The notes beneath the pieces are model-generated. The model was not told the origin of the DNA and did not search any database. It was given only the letters and a program-made list of their open reading frames with translations. Both the position numbers and the translations under genes were made by a program. From positions 1-16,428 of the IMG/VR virus record IMGVR_UViG_2524023210_000007: DNA of 16,428 nucleotides; one strand, written 5' to 3'. Positions 14,290 to 16,428 of the stretch are shown here, one piece after another. The stretch comes from a virus. Taxonomy: Duplodnaviria; Heunggongvirae; Uroviricota; Caudoviricetes. Position 1 is the first letter of the stretch, and each line of letters begins with the position of its first letter.

Positions 14290-16004
14290 GGCCGGAAAAG
14301 CTCCGTGAGTTCGGCGATGCCGTTGCGAATTGTGAGAACGTCGTTGTCGCGAAGTTCCTTCCAGCCGGAATTCCAGTGGCCGCCACGGGGCTGCATGTCG
14401 AGCACATCGGCCACCTTCGCCTGGGACATCACGCCACCGTTTTCGAAGATAGTACGGAGAAATTTCGGGGCCGCGCCCGATAGGCTGCCGCACCAAAGTT
14501 CGACCAGTTCGGCCGGCGGGATGCTGCCCGTCACGGCGGCCGAGCTCGGGGAAGCGATCGAAACGAAATCGCCATCCTCCTTAATCAGCCCCGATCCCTG
14601 CAATCCCTTTTTGCCGGTGTTGAAGTGACCGCCGCGCGCCTTGAGTCCAGCGAGAGTGGCCACCTGTCTCCACGTACGCCGGACAGGCGGGTTGGTGTCG
14701 AGTACGGCCAGCATCTTCTGGCCAGCTGAGTTGAGAGCGCCATTGCCGCTCGCCGCCGGCAATGGAGGAGGCGTCGCCGGCCGCACCGGTGCGCGAGGTG
14801 GGGCTTTCAGGGATGGCGAGCCCGGGTTCAACAGGGAGCGGTGGTTGCGCGGTTCGCGCGCGTGCGGTGGCGCGTGGTCCACTGCATTTTTGTGCTTCGC
14901 TTGAACTTCACCAACGCGAGCAAGCAGATTTCGCGTGGCCACGCCCAGCGAATCCAAATCTTCGGACAATTCGAGGAATGGGTGCAGACCGTCCCATAGC
15001 CCTTCCTGATATGCGGCGTCGATCTGGTCCTGTGCTGCCGGCGTCGCGGAGCCGCCCTTTGCCAACTCGGCGTTGAGGCGCGTAATCTCAGCCCGCAGCC
15101 GCAGGACATCGTCCTCCTCCGTCTGCTTCACGGCGTCGCCAATGATGGCGCGCAGGCGTTCCCGATCGACAGGTGCAGTCTGGACATGCTGGTCGGCCAT
15201 CTCGCCCGTCGGGGTCGCCGAATTGTCGAACGTCGAGATCTTCGGGAAAAGCAACATCTCGGCCACTTGCGCCTCACCGGAGCAGATCCAGCCGGTACCG
15301 GTCTTCAGGGAGGCGAGAGAGGTCGAGACGCGCTCAAAGGTCTCCTTGTTGACGTTCGCCTTCAGCCACTTCTTGACCGGCTCCTGATCCGCCGGCGCCG
15401 TCAGGCGATGCGCGATCATGGTGTCGCAGCTACCGAGCACGGCGTTGTGCAGCGACTGCGTCCGCTGCGTCACCACCATTAGGCGGACGCCCTTCGACCT
15501 GCCGGCGGTGGCCAACTTCTTCGCGTTGTGAATTGCAAGGTTCTCGGCGCCGATGCCGGCGCGCTCCTTGGGCGCGAACTCGTGTGCCTCTTCGATGACG
15601 AGATAGACGACGCCACGCATCCGCTTCATCAAGGCAGGGGCGAAGTCATTGAAGAATTTCTGCAGCCCGCCGGCGTTGAAGTCCGCCATGTCGATGATCG
15701 AGAGCGGCAGGTTGCCCGACGCGACGAGCTCGCCGATCGCCTTGCCAGCCGAGTCATGCAGGGGAACGTGTCCGCGCGGACCGCCAAGGATGTAAAACGG
15801 CAGGCCGGCCCGCTTGCCGTCGGAGCTCGACGTCATGCCCCACCAATCCGACTTGATTGGATCCAGCACGCAAACTCGAGCGGCGGGGTTGTCGCGAATG
15901 ATCTGCTCGACGGCGAGCTTTGCGGTCGAGGTCTTGCCGCTGCCGGTCTTGCCGAGAAACGCGGTGTGTTGCTCGATCACCGCGCGCGGGAAAGCAAAAG
16001 TCAT
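14286..16004 (-). CDS. HerA/FtsK-superfamily (DUF87-like) ATPase with a C-terminal extension
   Basis: Walker A GKTGSGKT, VCVLDP, Walker B LVIEEAH, AGRSKGV (Arg finger), TQR sensor; then a coiled coil, a Pro-rich linker and two similar GGH-containing helical repeats. Confidence 0.88.
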   Translation of the reverse strand: MTFAFPRAVIEQHTAFLGKTGSGKTSTAKLAVEQIIRDNPAARVCVLDPIKSDWWGMTSSSDGKRAGLPFYILGGPRGHVPLHDSAGKAIGELVASGNLPLSIIDMADFNAGGLQKFFNDFAPALMKRMRGVVYLVIEEAHEFAPKERAGIGAENLAIHNAKKLATAGRSKGVRLMVVTQRTQSLHNAVLGSCDTMIAHRLTAPADQEPVKKWLKANVNKETFERVSTSLASLKTGTGWICSGEAQVAEMLLFPKISTFDNSATPTGEMADQHVQTAPVDRERLRAIIGDAVKQTEEDDVLRLRAEITRLNAELAKGGSATPAAQDQIDAAYQEGLWDGLHPFLELSEDLDSLGVATRNLLARVGEVQAKHKNAVDHAPPHAREPRNHRSLLNPGSPSLKAPPRAPVRPATPPPLPAASGNGALNSAGQKMLAVLDTNPPVRRTWRQVATLAGLKARGGHFNTGKKGLQGSGLIKEDGDFVSIASPSSAAVTGSIPPAELVELWCGSLSGAAPKFLRTIFENGGVMSQAKVADVLDMQPRGGHWNSGWKELRDNDVLTIRNGIAELTELFRP

Positions 16005-16428
16005 ACAGGAATCTCCTTAAATTCGACAAGAGGCGTGTCGCCCTTGACGTAAAGCGGGTGCTTTGGCGTGCCGCCCTTGTTCACGCCCAGGCACCAGAGC
16101 TCGTGGTCATCCGCGCGCAAAGCTGACTCCACCTCGATGGCGTGATCGACGAGCCGCTTATGGATATTGCCCCAGGCGCAGACGATCTTTTGCGCCTGTT
16201 TCGCGGTGTCCCGGATGAGCGGTAGGTTGCCTTTGCTGCGCGGCACGACGCCGGGCTTGAGCAGCATCTCGGGCTTAGTCGCGCGGTAATCGCAGACGTT
16301 CATCATGGCCAGGCCGTCAAAGCCCCACTCCATGGAGAAGTCGATCACCCTGTTCAGCGTCGGATCGTCGACGTTGGCGTCGGCCGTGGATGGGTTCATC
16401 CCGATCCATAGGACGAAGTTGTTCGGCA
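16001..16428 (-). CDS. DUF1643-family protein (5' end outside window)
   Basis: VLWIGMNPSTADANVDDPTLNRV...NVCDYRATKP...IVCAWG...GTPKHPLY is the DUF1643 signature; ATGA overlap with the ATPase start. Confidence 0.9.
   Translation of the reverse strand, partial: PNNFVLWIGMNPSTADANVDDPTLNRVIDFSMEWGFDGLAMMNVCDYRATKPEMLLKPGVVPRSKGNLPLIRDTAKQAQKIVCAWGNIHKRLVDHAIEVESALRADDHELWCLGVNKGGTPKHPLYVKGDTPLVEFKEIPV

Larger units (their letters stand above)
10871..16428 (-). mobile_element. Element A: end of a second integrated, prophage-like element (continues beyond the window)
   Basis: Its own integrase and Xis-like gene abut the att copy at 10870, followed by a co-oriented phage-type operon. Candidate arm boxes GTTTACAAC (10914-10922) and inverted GTTTGTAAAC (10965-10974). 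Confidence 0.8.

Noticed and set aside
12671-14407. 578-aa ORF as a single gene
   Set aside because: Its first 163 codons overlay the 123-aa gene and the ATPase end in another frame; the TAATG-coupled ATG at 13918 is the plausible start.
1-16428. CRISPR array or rRNA
   Set aside because: No regularly spaced repeat-spacer units or rRNA-like sequence seen.

Overview
GC-rich, alphaproteobacterial-looking accessory region (Bradyrhizobium-like gene style, inferred) made of mobile elements stacked at the 3' half of a tRNA-Lys(TTT). The intact tRNA gene is not in the window. (1) 1-319 is the right end of an IS481-family element. (2) 320-10870 is a ~10.5 kb integrated satellite-like element (element B) bounded by two identical 55-bp repeats. 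It carries a P4-type tyrosine integrase, an AlpA/Xis-like HTH, a Toprim primase-AAA_25 helicase and a terminase large subunit; the last two appear fused by an internal deletion. No capsid or portal genes are present. Its cargo region holds a proteasome-beta-like Thr protease coupled to a 65-aa ORF, a Zn-finger/sigma-like protein, a GNAT toxin with a 50-aa antitoxin lacking the RHH domain, a C4/CI-like antisense RNA module, a frameshifted acidic protein and a cold-shock protein. (3) 10871 to beyond 16428 is the end of a second, prophage-like element (element A) with a different integrase and an Xis-like gene. It also has a translationally coupled operon: DUF1643, HerA-like ATPase, a 123-aa protein ending in Gly-Gly, and a 415-aa protein with a Cys motif. 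The best candidates for undescribed systems are the Gly-Gly protein/partner/ATPase operon and the proteasome-like protease plus small ORF pair. All family assignments come from motif recognition, not database searches.
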